Positions 56,585 to 64,000 of a DNA stretch of 64,000 nt are shown here, piece after piece (the first letter of the stretch is position 1; the number at the start of each line of letters is the position of its first letter). Source of the stretch: Candidatus Zambryskibacteria bacterium RIFCSPHIGHO2_01_FULL_43_25 (GTDB taxonomy: Bacteria; Patescibacteriota; Minisyncoccia; Phycocordibacterales; Zambryskibacteraceae); contig MHVD01000002.1 of assembly GCA_001823695.1 (NCBI GenBank), forward strand, positions 15,215 through 79,214. Direction: 5' to 3'. The notes below the pieces were generated by a model that was given only the letters and a program-made list of their open reading frames with translations, was not told the origin of the DNA and searched no databases. A program made the position numbers and the translations under genes.

Positions 56585-59500
56585 ATGTCGGAAATCTCCT
56601 TTGAAAATGCCTATAAAAAGCTGAACAAAGAGCAGAGAGAGGCGGTGGACACCGTTGAGGGGCCTGTTATGGTCATAGCCGGACCAGGAACGGGCAAAAC
56701 CTCAATTCTCACTTTGCGTATTGCCAATATCCTGCGCCGGACGGATACAAGCCCGGGCAGTATATTGGCGCTGACCTTTACCGAATCCGGCGTTCATTCA
56801 ATGAGGCGCAAACTCGTGGAAATTATCGGGCCTGCCGCATACAGGGTTGGCATATTCACTTTTCACGGATTTTGCAATGAAGTCATGAGAAGATTCCCGG
56901 ACTGCTTTGAAAGAATTTTGGGCGGGCACTTAGCAACCGAAGTGGACCAAATCAAAGTTGTTGAAAACATAATTAGGGATGGCAAATTCCACCACCTGAA
57001 ACTCTTTGGCAACAATTTCTTCTATGCCCGTCCGGCTCTGCAGTCTATCAGGTCGCTTAAAAGAGAGAATATAACGCCGAAAGAATTTTCCGGTATTCTG
57101 GCCGAAAAACAAAAAGAATTTGACAGCTTTCCTAACCTCTATCACGAGAGGGGACAGTACAAGGGCCGTCTCAAAGGCAGGTACGCCGAATTACAGAAAA
57201 AAATTGAAAAAAACAGGGAATTGTCATCTCTCTATTTAAGTTACGAGAAAGCGCTCAAGAAAGACAACCTGTACGACTACGAAGATATGATAATTGAAGT
57301 TGTTTTGGCCCTTGAGAAAAATAATGACTTACTGCTTATGCTTGAGGAAGAGTACCAGTACATACTTGCCGACGAGCACCAGGACGCCAACAACGCCCAG
57401 AACAAAATTCTTCTGCTTCTGTCTTCATTCCACAAATCCCCCAACCTGTTCATAGTCGGCGACGAGAAACAGGCGATTTACCGCTTTCAGGGCGCGTCCT
57501 TGGAGAATTTCCTATATTTCAAGAAGAAGTTTAAGGACGCTCAAGTTATAAGGTTGCCGATAAATTATCGCTCCACGCAAAAGATTCTTGACGCTTCTCA
57601 CACTTTGATAATGAAGGCTGGCGATTCGAACCACAGTTTGCGCAGGAGATTAATCGCAAAAAACAAGAAACTGGGCCGGGCGATAAAGTTTTATGAATTT
57701 GAATCCGCCGATGCCGAGCCGCTGTTCTTGATTACCGATATAGAAAAGAAAATAGAAAGCGGTGTGACGCCGTCAGACATTGCCGTGCTTTTCCGCGATA
57801 ATAATGACGCAGTACCGATAGTTCAGGTGATGGAGAAAACGGATATACCTTTTTTGGTTCTCTCAAGCGACGATGTGTTGGAGGATTCTCTTATCAGACA
57901 ATACATCGCTCTGCTTAAGGCGGTAAATAACTTTGGCAATGATGATTATCTTTCGAGGGTTCTGTTCGCCGAGTTTCTGTCCATCGCGCCGCTTGATGCC
58001 TACAGGATAAACAAATACGCGCATACCCGCCGCCTTGGCGTATCGGCAGTTCTTGAGAGTCGAAATGAGCTGGCGCGCTCCGGAGTAACCGACAAAATAA
58101 AGTTTAAAAAACTCTATTCTGATATGAGCAGGTGGTCCAAAGTTGCCAAGAATGACGGGCTCCTGTCTTCTGCCGAAAAAATTGCCAGAGAGTCTGGCTT
58201 TATTGATTATTTGATGTCACAGAAGAACTCCGTTTCAAATTTTGAGAAAATTGACGCCCTTTTCCGGCAGATGAGATCAATAGTGGAGACCCACAGGGAT
58301 TACACCTTGGCTGATTTCATTGAATATATATCGGTCTTGGAAAACCATTCAATCCGAATGGAGATACCCTACAGGCCGGTATTCAAGACGGGTGTCCACC
58401 TTATGACCGCCCACCGCTCCAAAGGGCTGGAGTTTAAGTATGTTTACATCGTCGGAGCTTACGATGGACACTGGGGCAACCGCCGCGCCGTTGTGCATTT
58501 TCATCTTCCCATAACAGGCAAGCCGCTTATCGGTTTTGATGAAGACGAAGATGAACGTCGGCTTTTTTATGTCGCTCTAACCAGGGCGAAAGACGAAGTG
58601 GTGATTACTTCATCCAAATGGAGCAAGGACAACAAGCCGCGCCTGCCAAGCCGGTTTGTGGAAGAGATTGACATGAAGTTCTTGGAGAAAGTGTCGCCGG
58701 TGCCGGAGAAGGAACTTTCAAAATTGAAGGAAGGCCTCATTCACAAAACGCCGCAGGGCGGTGCTGGTGTCGACGATGCCGAATACCTGCGAAATTTATT
58801 TCTGGACCAAGGCTTGTCGGTTACGGCTGTCAACAATTATTTGGAGTGTCCGTGGAAATTCTTTTTTCAAAATCTTATACGCGTGCCGAAAAATCCGGAA
58901 AAGCACCAGCTCTACGGGACGGCTGTACACGAAGCGCTTAAATATTTCTTTGATAAGTACAAAGACGGTTACAATCCAACACTAAAGGATCTGAAAGACT
59001 GGTTTAGCATAGCAGTATCGAGAAAGCCTCTGTCCCAGAATGATTTCGCCGAAGCTCTTGACCGCGGTGGCAAGGCGCTTGCCGGCTATTTCAAGAAATA
59101 CAATAAGTTGTGGCCGAGGGCGATTATAAACGAGTTGGCGATAGCCGGCGTCTTCATTCCCATTGACGGGGGCAAGAAAATTCTTTTGCGTGGCATATTG
59201 GACAAAGTGGAATTTATCTCCGGAAGCGAAGTTAGAGTCGTTGATTACAAAACCGGCAAGCCTCGTTCGCGCAATGACATTTTGGGCAAAACTAAAGGTT
59301 CGAAGGGCAATATAGGGCGCCAGCTTGATTTTTATAACGTGCTTCTTCAGGATTATGAGAATGGAAAGTACAGAATGAAAGAGGGGATGATTGATTTTGT
59401 GGAGCCCAATGATCAAGGCAATTACCGGCAGGAGAAATTTGAAGCGAATGGTCAAGACGCGGAAGAGCTGAAAAATTTGATTAAAAAAATAGCTTCCGAA

Positions 59501-59596
59501 ATATACTCCCTGTCGTTTTGGGACAAGAGGTGTGGGGATCGCAATTGCGAGTATTGCCGCTTAAGAGGGTCAATAAGCGCCGCCGAGCTTCACTGA
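56585..59596 (+). CDS. UvrD/PcrA-like SF1 helicase fused to a PD-(D/E)xK nuclease (AddA/AdnB-like)
   Basis: AGPGTGKT, DEHQD, GDEKQAIY, KGLEF and YVALTRA, then CP, G.LD, VDYKTG, QL..Y and C....C.YC. Confidence 0.9.
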   Translation: MSEISFENAYKKLNKEQREAVDTVEGPVMVIAGPGTGKTSILTLRIANILRRTDTSPGSILALTFTESGVHSMRRKLVEIIGPAAYRVGIFTFHGFCNEVMRRFPDCFERILGGHLATEVDQIKVVENIIRDGKFHHLKLFGNNFFYARPALQSIRSLKRENITPKEFSGILAEKQKEFDSFPNLYHERGQYKGRLKGRYAELQKKIEKNRELSSLYLSYEKALKKDNLYDYEDMIIEVVLALEKNNDLLLMLEEEYQYILADEHQDANNAQNKILLLLSSFHKSPNLFIVGDEKQAIYRFQGASLENFLYFKKKFKDAQVIRLPINYRSTQKILDASHTLIMKAGDSNHSLRRRLIAKNKKLGRAIKFYEFESADAEPLFLITDIEKKIESGVTPSDIAVLFRDNNDAVPIVQVMEKTDIPFLVLSSDDVLEDSLIRQYIALLKAVNNFGNDDYLSRVLFAEFLSIAPLDAYRINKYAHTRRLGVSAVLESRNELARSGVTDKIKFKKLYSDMSRWSKVAKNDGLLSSAEKIARESGFIDYLMSQKNSVSNFEKIDALFRQMRSIVETHRDYTLADFIEYISVLENHSIRMEIPYRPVFKTGVHLMTAHRSKGLEFKYVYIVGAYDGHWGNRRAVVHFHLPITGKPLIGFDEDEDERRLFYVALTRAKDEVVITSSKWSKDNKPRLPSRFVEEIDMKFLEKVSPVPEKELSKLKEGLIHKTPQGGAGVDDAEYLRNLFLDQGLSVTAVNNYLECPWKFFFQNLIRVPKNPEKHQLYGTAVHEALKYFFDKYKDGYNPTLKDLKDWFSIAVSRKPLSQNDFAEALDRGGKALAGYFKKYNKLWPRAIINELAIAGVFIPIDGGKKILLRGILDKVEFISGSEVRVVDYKTGKPRSRNDILGKTKGSKGNIGRQLDFYNVLLQDYENGKYRMKEGMIDFVEPNDQGNYRQEKFEANGQDAEELKNLIKKIASEIYSLSFWDKRCGDRNCEYCRLRGSISAAELH

Positions 59597-60303
59597 ATGC
59601 CTTGGTTGAGAAGAGCCGCGTCAATGATGGTTTTCATCACATCATAGGGCTGGCCGCCTTCTATGGCGATTCTTTCTCCGCTTCTGGTGACAAGTATGCT
59701 ATAAGGAGTTCCTCCGGCTCCGGCCAATACAGCGTCTTGGAAGTCTTCTTGGATTTTGTTTGCATATTTGCCGCTTGAAAGACAGGATTCAAAATCGGAA
59801 ACTTTAATTCCAACCTCGTCCGCTATTTTGGGCAACTCGCTAAGATCAAGTCCGTTATTTGACGGGGTCTTTGCAAATAATGCGTCAATATAGACCCAGA
59901 ATTCTTCTTTGCCTCCAAGCTCTGCCGCGCACTCCGTAGCTTCCGCTTCTTTTCTGGCTTTGGAATGCAGACTGTCAATGGGGAAGTGGCGATACACCCA
60001 AGCCAGTTTTCCGTCCTTGCCGTACTCATCTATCAGACGGTGCATCGTATTGTGGAAAGTTTTGCAGAAAGGGCACTCCGTATCGGAGTATTCAACTATC
60101 ACGACTGGCGCGTTCGGATTGCCCAATATATGGTCATCCTCGCTCACCGCGCGTATATTTATGCCGCGCACCACGCTGTCATCGTTATTGAATATCTTGG
60201 AATCAGTTTGCCGGTTTGAAAGATAAAACCCAGCACCCACCAAAGCGCCGGCTAGAATGATTGCTACCGGTAGCATAAACGGACTGCCTTTTTGTGTTTC
60301 CAT
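59590..60303 (-). CDS. DsbA/BdbD-family thioredoxin-fold oxidoreductase
   Basis: EYSDTECPFC, YRHFP, GTP and an N-terminal TM helix. Confidence 0.92.
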   Translation of the reverse strand: METQKGSPFMLPVAIILAGALVGAGFYLSNRQTDSKIFNNDDSVVRGINIRAVSEDDHILGNPNAPVVIVEYSDTECPFCKTFHNTMHRLIDEYGKDGKLAWVYRHFPIDSLHSKARKEAEATECAAELGGKEEFWVYIDALFAKTPSNNGLDLSELPKIADEVGIKVSDFESCLSSGKYANKIQEDFQDAVLAGAGGTPYSILVTRSGERIAIEGGQPYDVMKTIIDAALLNQGIQ

Positions 60304-60329
60304 GTTGGAAACTAAGTATACTTCCTAAA

Positions 60330-60385
60330 CTCACAACTAACAACCTGCTACCCACAGCTTGTAACTTATAACTTGTGTCTAACAA
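60330..60385 (+). repeat. Degenerate heptamer tandem array (8 units, consensus about CTNACAA)
   Basis: ctcacaa ctaacaa cctgcta cccacag cttgtaa cttataa cttgtgt ctaacaa. Confidence 0.7.
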
Positions 60386-60434
60386 TCGATAAGCTTATGA
60401 CGGACAACCAATAATTGACGAATAATCGACGAAA

Positions 60435-60486
60435 AACAAAACAACACATAAAAACCGCTATAGCGGTTTTTATGTGTTGTTTTGTT
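60435..60486. repeat. 52-bp perfect loop-less palindrome, homologous to 31395-31436
   Basis: AACAAAACAACACATAAAAACCGCTA|TAGCGGTTTTTATGTGTTGTTTTGTT. Confidence 0.95.
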
Positions 60487-60570
60487 ATGCGATATACATG
60501 GTGTGTATTATGTTAGAAAATGGTATATACAATACCCGAAAAAGTGGCGGAAATATGCTAACCTACACTC

Positions 60571-61371
60571 ATGTCTTTTTTTGAAGCGACAATCCTAGGC
60601 CTGGTTCAGGGCCTTGCCGAGTTCATACCAGTTTCATCTTCCGGCCATCTTATCTTGGCCAGAGAATTTTTCAGCCTCGCCAGTTTTGAAGATTTGGCGG
60701 TTGACGCCGTGCTTCAGCTGGCGACCGCCCTGGCCGTACTTTTATATTTCCGCCGCGATGTCCTGTCTCTGCTTCGGACTTTTTTCAGATGGATCGGACG
60801 AAAACCCGTCTCGGATACAGATTCAAAAATGTTATTAGCTATAATTATTGGCACTATACCAACAGTGGTATTCGGGCTTCTTCTTGAGAATTATATGGAA
60901 ACAGTTTTCAGGAACGCATCCTTGGTAGCGTTGGCACTTCTAGCCGGAAGCGCGTTGATGATGTTTGCCGAAAAGCGCTTCAATAGCTCTGCCGTTAAAG
61001 AAATTTCGGCCAAGATGGGATTCTTCGTTGGTCTTTTTCAGTCTCTGGCTTTGATACCCGGGGTATCGCGTTCCGGTGCAACGATTTCCGGAGGGTTATT
61101 AAATGGTTTAAGCAGGGTAGAAGCGGCGCGTTTTAGCTTTCTTCTGTCTTTGCCCATAATCTTGGGTTCAGGAATTAAAAAACTTCTTGAACTTAATATA
61201 GGAGGCTCTCTCTCCGATATCGGTTTGCCACTTCTCCTTGGGGCAGTAGTTGCTTTCGTATCAGGTTTTTGGGCTATAAAATTCCTTATAAATTATCTGA
61301 AAACCAGAACTCTCAATGTATTTATCATTTACAGAATTGTTCTGGCTGTTTTGATTTTTATTCTTTTGTAA
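60571..61371 (+). CDS. uppP: Undecaprenyl-diphosphate phosphatase
   Basis: QGLAEFIPVSSSGHL, PGVSRSGATI and FSFLL. Confidence 0.96.
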   Translation: MSFFEATILGLVQGLAEFIPVSSSGHLILAREFFSLASFEDLAVDAVLQLATALAVLLYFRRDVLSLLRTFFRWIGRKPVSDTDSKMLLAIIIGTIPTVVFGLLLENYMETVFRNASLVALALLAGSALMMFAEKRFNSSAVKEISAKMGFFVGLFQSLALIPGVSRSGATISGGLLNGLSRVEAARFSFLLSLPIILGSGIKKLLELNIGGSLSDIGLPLLLGAVVAFVSGFWAIKFLINYLKTRTLNVFIIYRIVLAVLIFILL

Positions 61372-61457
61372 AACATTCAACCTACAAGTCAGACCTGTAG
61401 GAAACGATCTGTAGGAAACATGTGTTTTTTATTATCAGTAATTGCAATAAAAGTGAA

Positions 61458-61506
61458 AGCCCGCCGGTGCTTGCCTGCCTGAGCAGACAGGCGCGCGCGG
61501 CGGGCC
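61458..61506 (-). terminator. Terminator hairpin carrying an 18-bp palindromic insert
   Basis: GCCCGCCG...CGGCGGGC stem with CCTGCCTGAGCAGACAGG at 61474-61491 in the loop. Confidence 0.65.
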
Positions 61507-61513
61507 CATTTCC

Positions 61514-61822
61514 TTACCGTAGTAAGGGAACGACATAGAGGGTTCCGGTTCGGCTGAGGGTGTTGAAGTATACCCGGTGTCGCTTGCCGAGCATGTTGAG
61601 GACGAGGTTCCAGCTGTTACCGCTACCGTCCTCAACCTGAATGCTTTCAATGAATGCATCGAATACTTCACCCTTCACCTTGAATTGCGGATTCGTCTGC
61701 AGGATCATCGGTTCCACAGTGAAGGAAATCTTTCTTCCTTCATGCCGAAGCCGGAGGGCGTCGAAGAGTTGTTCCCGCGACGGGCCAGCGACGATGATTT
61801 TCCGTGTCTCTTGGTTGGTCAT
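61514..61822 (-). CDS. Orphan hypothetical protein (GPS...EDGSG..W motif; cassette)
   Basis: TTGACT-N18-TATAAT promoter, GGAGGT SD and a terminator. Confidence 0.7.
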   Translation of the reverse strand: MTNQETRKIIVAGPSREQLFDALRLRHEGRKISFTVEPMILQTNPQFKVKGEVFDAFIESIQVEDGSGNSWNLVLNMLGKRHRVYFNTLSRTGTLYVVPLLR

Positions 61823-62063
61823 AACGACCTCCATGAAGAACAATCTCCTTATTGGGGAAGAAGTACCCCGTTGCTCCGAGGAGCCACCTACCCATAACGA
61901 GTAGGAATTCTTTTTACATTATATCACATTTAATATATAAAAGTCAAGCACAAAATTCCGCTAACTAGCGGACCTTATTTTAAGCCACATTTTGACCGTC
62001 TTAATTCTTTATTCCCCGACTGAACGATGTCAGTCGTTCGGGCGGGCTGATTCCTTATTCTAA

Positions 62064-62639
62064 TCAAAATGGCAACGTATGCGTAATAGAATTCTCCTCA
62101 AATCTCTCCCATTCGCTGGTGTCTAGAGGTATTTCTATCAACTTTCCGCCCTCTTTAAAAATCAGTTTGTTGTTGGCAATCGCGAAGTCGTAAATCTCTT
62201 TGGTGATTTTCACATCCTCAAGGCAGTAATCTATAACTTTCTGATATTCTCTTTTTTTCCACCACTCGTTTGCCATAAAGCTATGAGCGGTTTTATTTCT
62301 GCCGAGCGTCCCTTCGGCTATTTGGTTCAGCTTCATTCTTCGGCCGTATGAATTTTTTATCTCATGCAGAATATCCAAACTTTTTATTTTTGTAAGATCG
62401 CCCGGGTAGTATTTGTTGAGCAGGGGAATGTCGAAGTGGTCCGAATTGAAGCCGATAAGCATGTCTGCTTTTTCTATAATGGGCCAAAGGCCTTTCAGCT
62501 GATTTTCCGGAAAAGAGCTGTATAAATTCGTTTCCGAGTCATAAATGCATACGACAGAAATATCCAGAGCCGCCGGATCATTCACACCAACGTCAGGGAA
62601 AAAATTGCTGGTCTCAATATCAAAGACTATTTTGCGCAT
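62064..62639 (-). CDS. DEDD/RNase H-like 3'-5' exonuclease (YprB/RNase_H_2-like)
   Basis: FDIET, GFNSDHFD and YCLEDV. Confidence 0.88.
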   Translation of the reverse strand: MRKIVFDIETSNFFPDVGVNDPAALDISVVCIYDSETNLYSSFPENQLKGLWPIIEKADMLIGFNSDHFDIPLLNKYYPGDLTKIKSLDILHEIKNSYGRRMKLNQIAEGTLGRNKTAHSFMANEWWKKREYQKVIDYCLEDVKITKEIYDFAIANNKLIFKEGGKLIEIPLDTSEWERFEENSITHTLPF

Positions 62640-63878
62640 TTACCGCTGGTTATCTTTTAGAAAATTAACCACTCCATCTTCATCAAATTCCCGCTCATCT
62701 CCTGAAGATAGCTCTTTTATTTTAAATTTATTTGTGTTCTGCTCTTCTTCGCCGAAAGCCATAAAGAAGGGAACTCTGTTTTTGTCTGCCGCTTTGATTT
62801 TATCGCCAACTTTTCTGTTTGTAGTATCGGTGGCGACATTCAACTCCCGCTCTCTTAGTCTTTTGGCTATGGAGATTGTATTGGGAACATCGTCCTCGTT
62901 TATTGAAGCTATGCAAATTTGTGTTTCTGGCTTATAAGCAGGCAAGAGGTTTCGTGATTTCAAAAATTCACGGAGAGTAACATCTCCCATGCCAAAGCCG
63001 ACAGCCGGAATGCTTTCATCATCAAAGAGTTTCGTCAGGTCGTCATAGCGCCCTCCGCCAAAGATTGAACGGGGATTGTCTTTATTTGTGTCAAATACTT
63101 CAAATATCATGCCGGTATAGTAATCAAACCCGCGAGCTAGAGCGGGCGAGAATGATGTGTTATTGATGCCGATCTCTCCAAGCGCGCTTATTATCTGTTT
63201 AGTTTTCTCACTTTCCTCAAATTCCAACTCTAGAGATTCACCGAGAATCTCTGCCGCTCTTTTCCGAAAATCCGAGCCAGAAATTTTGTCCTTTTTATCA
63301 AGCAATTGCCACATCCCGCGCTCTTGCTCCGGCGAGAGAGATTTTTCTCTCAACCCTTTGAGTTTGTTTTGTCTGTCATTTATCCTGATTTCAAAATCTT
63401 CATCCTTCGCCCCAAAACCTTTCATAATCGCGCAGGCAAGGGAAATTATTTCAATTTCCGCCTCAACGCCGGAAATTCCGAATATGTCGGCATTTAACTG
63501 CCAATGTTCTCTTTGGCGGCCCTTTTGGGGGTTTTCGTAACGAAAGAGGTTTGGTATTGAATACCAGCGAAGAGGAAATCCCAAATCCCGCCTGCGAGCG
63601 GCGACCATACGCGCCGCGGTCGGCGTCATTTCAGGCCGAAGCGTTACACTCCTGCCGCCTCTGTCCGTGAAAGTGTAAGTCTGCTCGTTGACAATTTCCT
63701 CCCCGCTTTTTGCGGCGTATAGTTCCGTCGGCTCAAGAATAGACGCTCCGTATTCCACGTATCCGTACGATTCAACCACTTTGCGGATTTTTTCAAACAT
63801 CCATTTGAGAATCCGCATATCTTCAGGGAAGAAATCGCGCACCCCCCTGTAAGGCCCGGTATCCAGCTTTTTGTTCAT
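62640..63878 (-). CDS. hisS: Histidine-tRNA ligase
   Basis: RGVRDF, LRPEMT, FRYENPQKGR, RGFDYYTG and GGGRYD. Confidence 0.97.
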   Translation of the reverse strand: MNKKLDTGPYRGVRDFFPEDMRILKWMFEKIRKVVESYGYVEYGASILEPTELYAAKSGEEIVNEQTYTFTDRGGRSVTLRPEMTPTAARMVAARRRDLGFPLRWYSIPNLFRYENPQKGRQREHWQLNADIFGISGVEAEIEIISLACAIMKGFGAKDEDFEIRINDRQNKLKGLREKSLSPEQERGMWQLLDKKDKISGSDFRKRAAEILGESLELEFEESEKTKQIISALGEIGINNTSFSPALARGFDYYTGMIFEVFDTNKDNPRSIFGGGRYDDLTKLFDDESIPAVGFGMGDVTLREFLKSRNLLPAYKPETQICIASINEDDVPNTISIAKRLRERELNVATDTTNRKVGDKIKAADKNRVPFFMAFGEEEQNTNKFKIKELSSGDEREFDEDGVVNFLKDNQR

Positions 63879-64000
63879 CCCGTTAGAAATCTCTTAGTTT
63901 GTCTTGTAATACGACCATGATTTATTTAATGATTTTTATATTAATACACCCGCAAGTTGCTAAACCACGAAAATGCTTATGCCCAAGTGTTGATGTTTAG

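Noticed and set aside
58800-59596. Cas4 / CRISPR adaptation gene
   Set aside because: The Cys-containing PD-(D/E)xK domain is fused to a UvrD helicase, as in AddA/AdnB-type repair enzymes, with no cas1/cas2 or array nearby.
60491-60518. dif-like site GATATACATGG-TGTGTA-TTATGTTAGAA
   Set aside because: It matches E. coli dif at 19/28 positions, but the XerC arm matches only 5/11 in AT-rich DNA. It cannot be supported without GC-skew data.
1-64000. Alternative genetic code (UGA=Gly), prophage, rRNA, complete DGR or retron
   Set aside because: TGA terminates several clear genes (5646, 7257, 13069, 55218). No phage structural, integrase, reverse-transcriptase or rRNA sequence was recognised.

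Overview
The window is gene-dense chromosome read with the standard code (TGA is used as stop). It most likely comes from a CPR/Patescibacteria (Parcubacteria-like) genome; this is inferred from the split transketolase, shortened PheS/PheT/ThrS/SMC, type IV pilin and the lack of amino-acid or nucleotide biosynthesis genes. It carries a glycolysis/pentose-phosphate cluster, translation genes (rplY, rpmE, prfA, rpsB, tsf, tRNA-Thr, pheST, thrS, rpmF, rpsP, trmD, hisS), gyrB, dnaE, smc, rnc, rnr, rnhB and an rpoB-rpoC-dnaG-rpoD block. The most notable observations are: (1) an intact NlpC/P60 cysteine-hydrolase domain inserted inside PheRS beta, directly followed by a C39-like peptidase gene; (2) scattered self-contained GC-richer orphan cassettes (own sigma70 promoter, strong SD, hairpin terminator), including one empty promoter-terminator unit, whereas many housekeeping genes look leaderless; (3) a DGR-target-like C-terminal fragment fused in frame to a DUF1653-like start; (4) loop-less perfect palindromes with compensatory changes, plus miniature palindromic and heptamer insertions, some in frame inside core genes; (5) a NusB-NUDIX fusion, a hinge-less SMC, and an HTH-Panacea/RelE-like toxin-antitoxin pair next to an IS30 scar. 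All family assignments come from motif recognition by eye, with no database searches.
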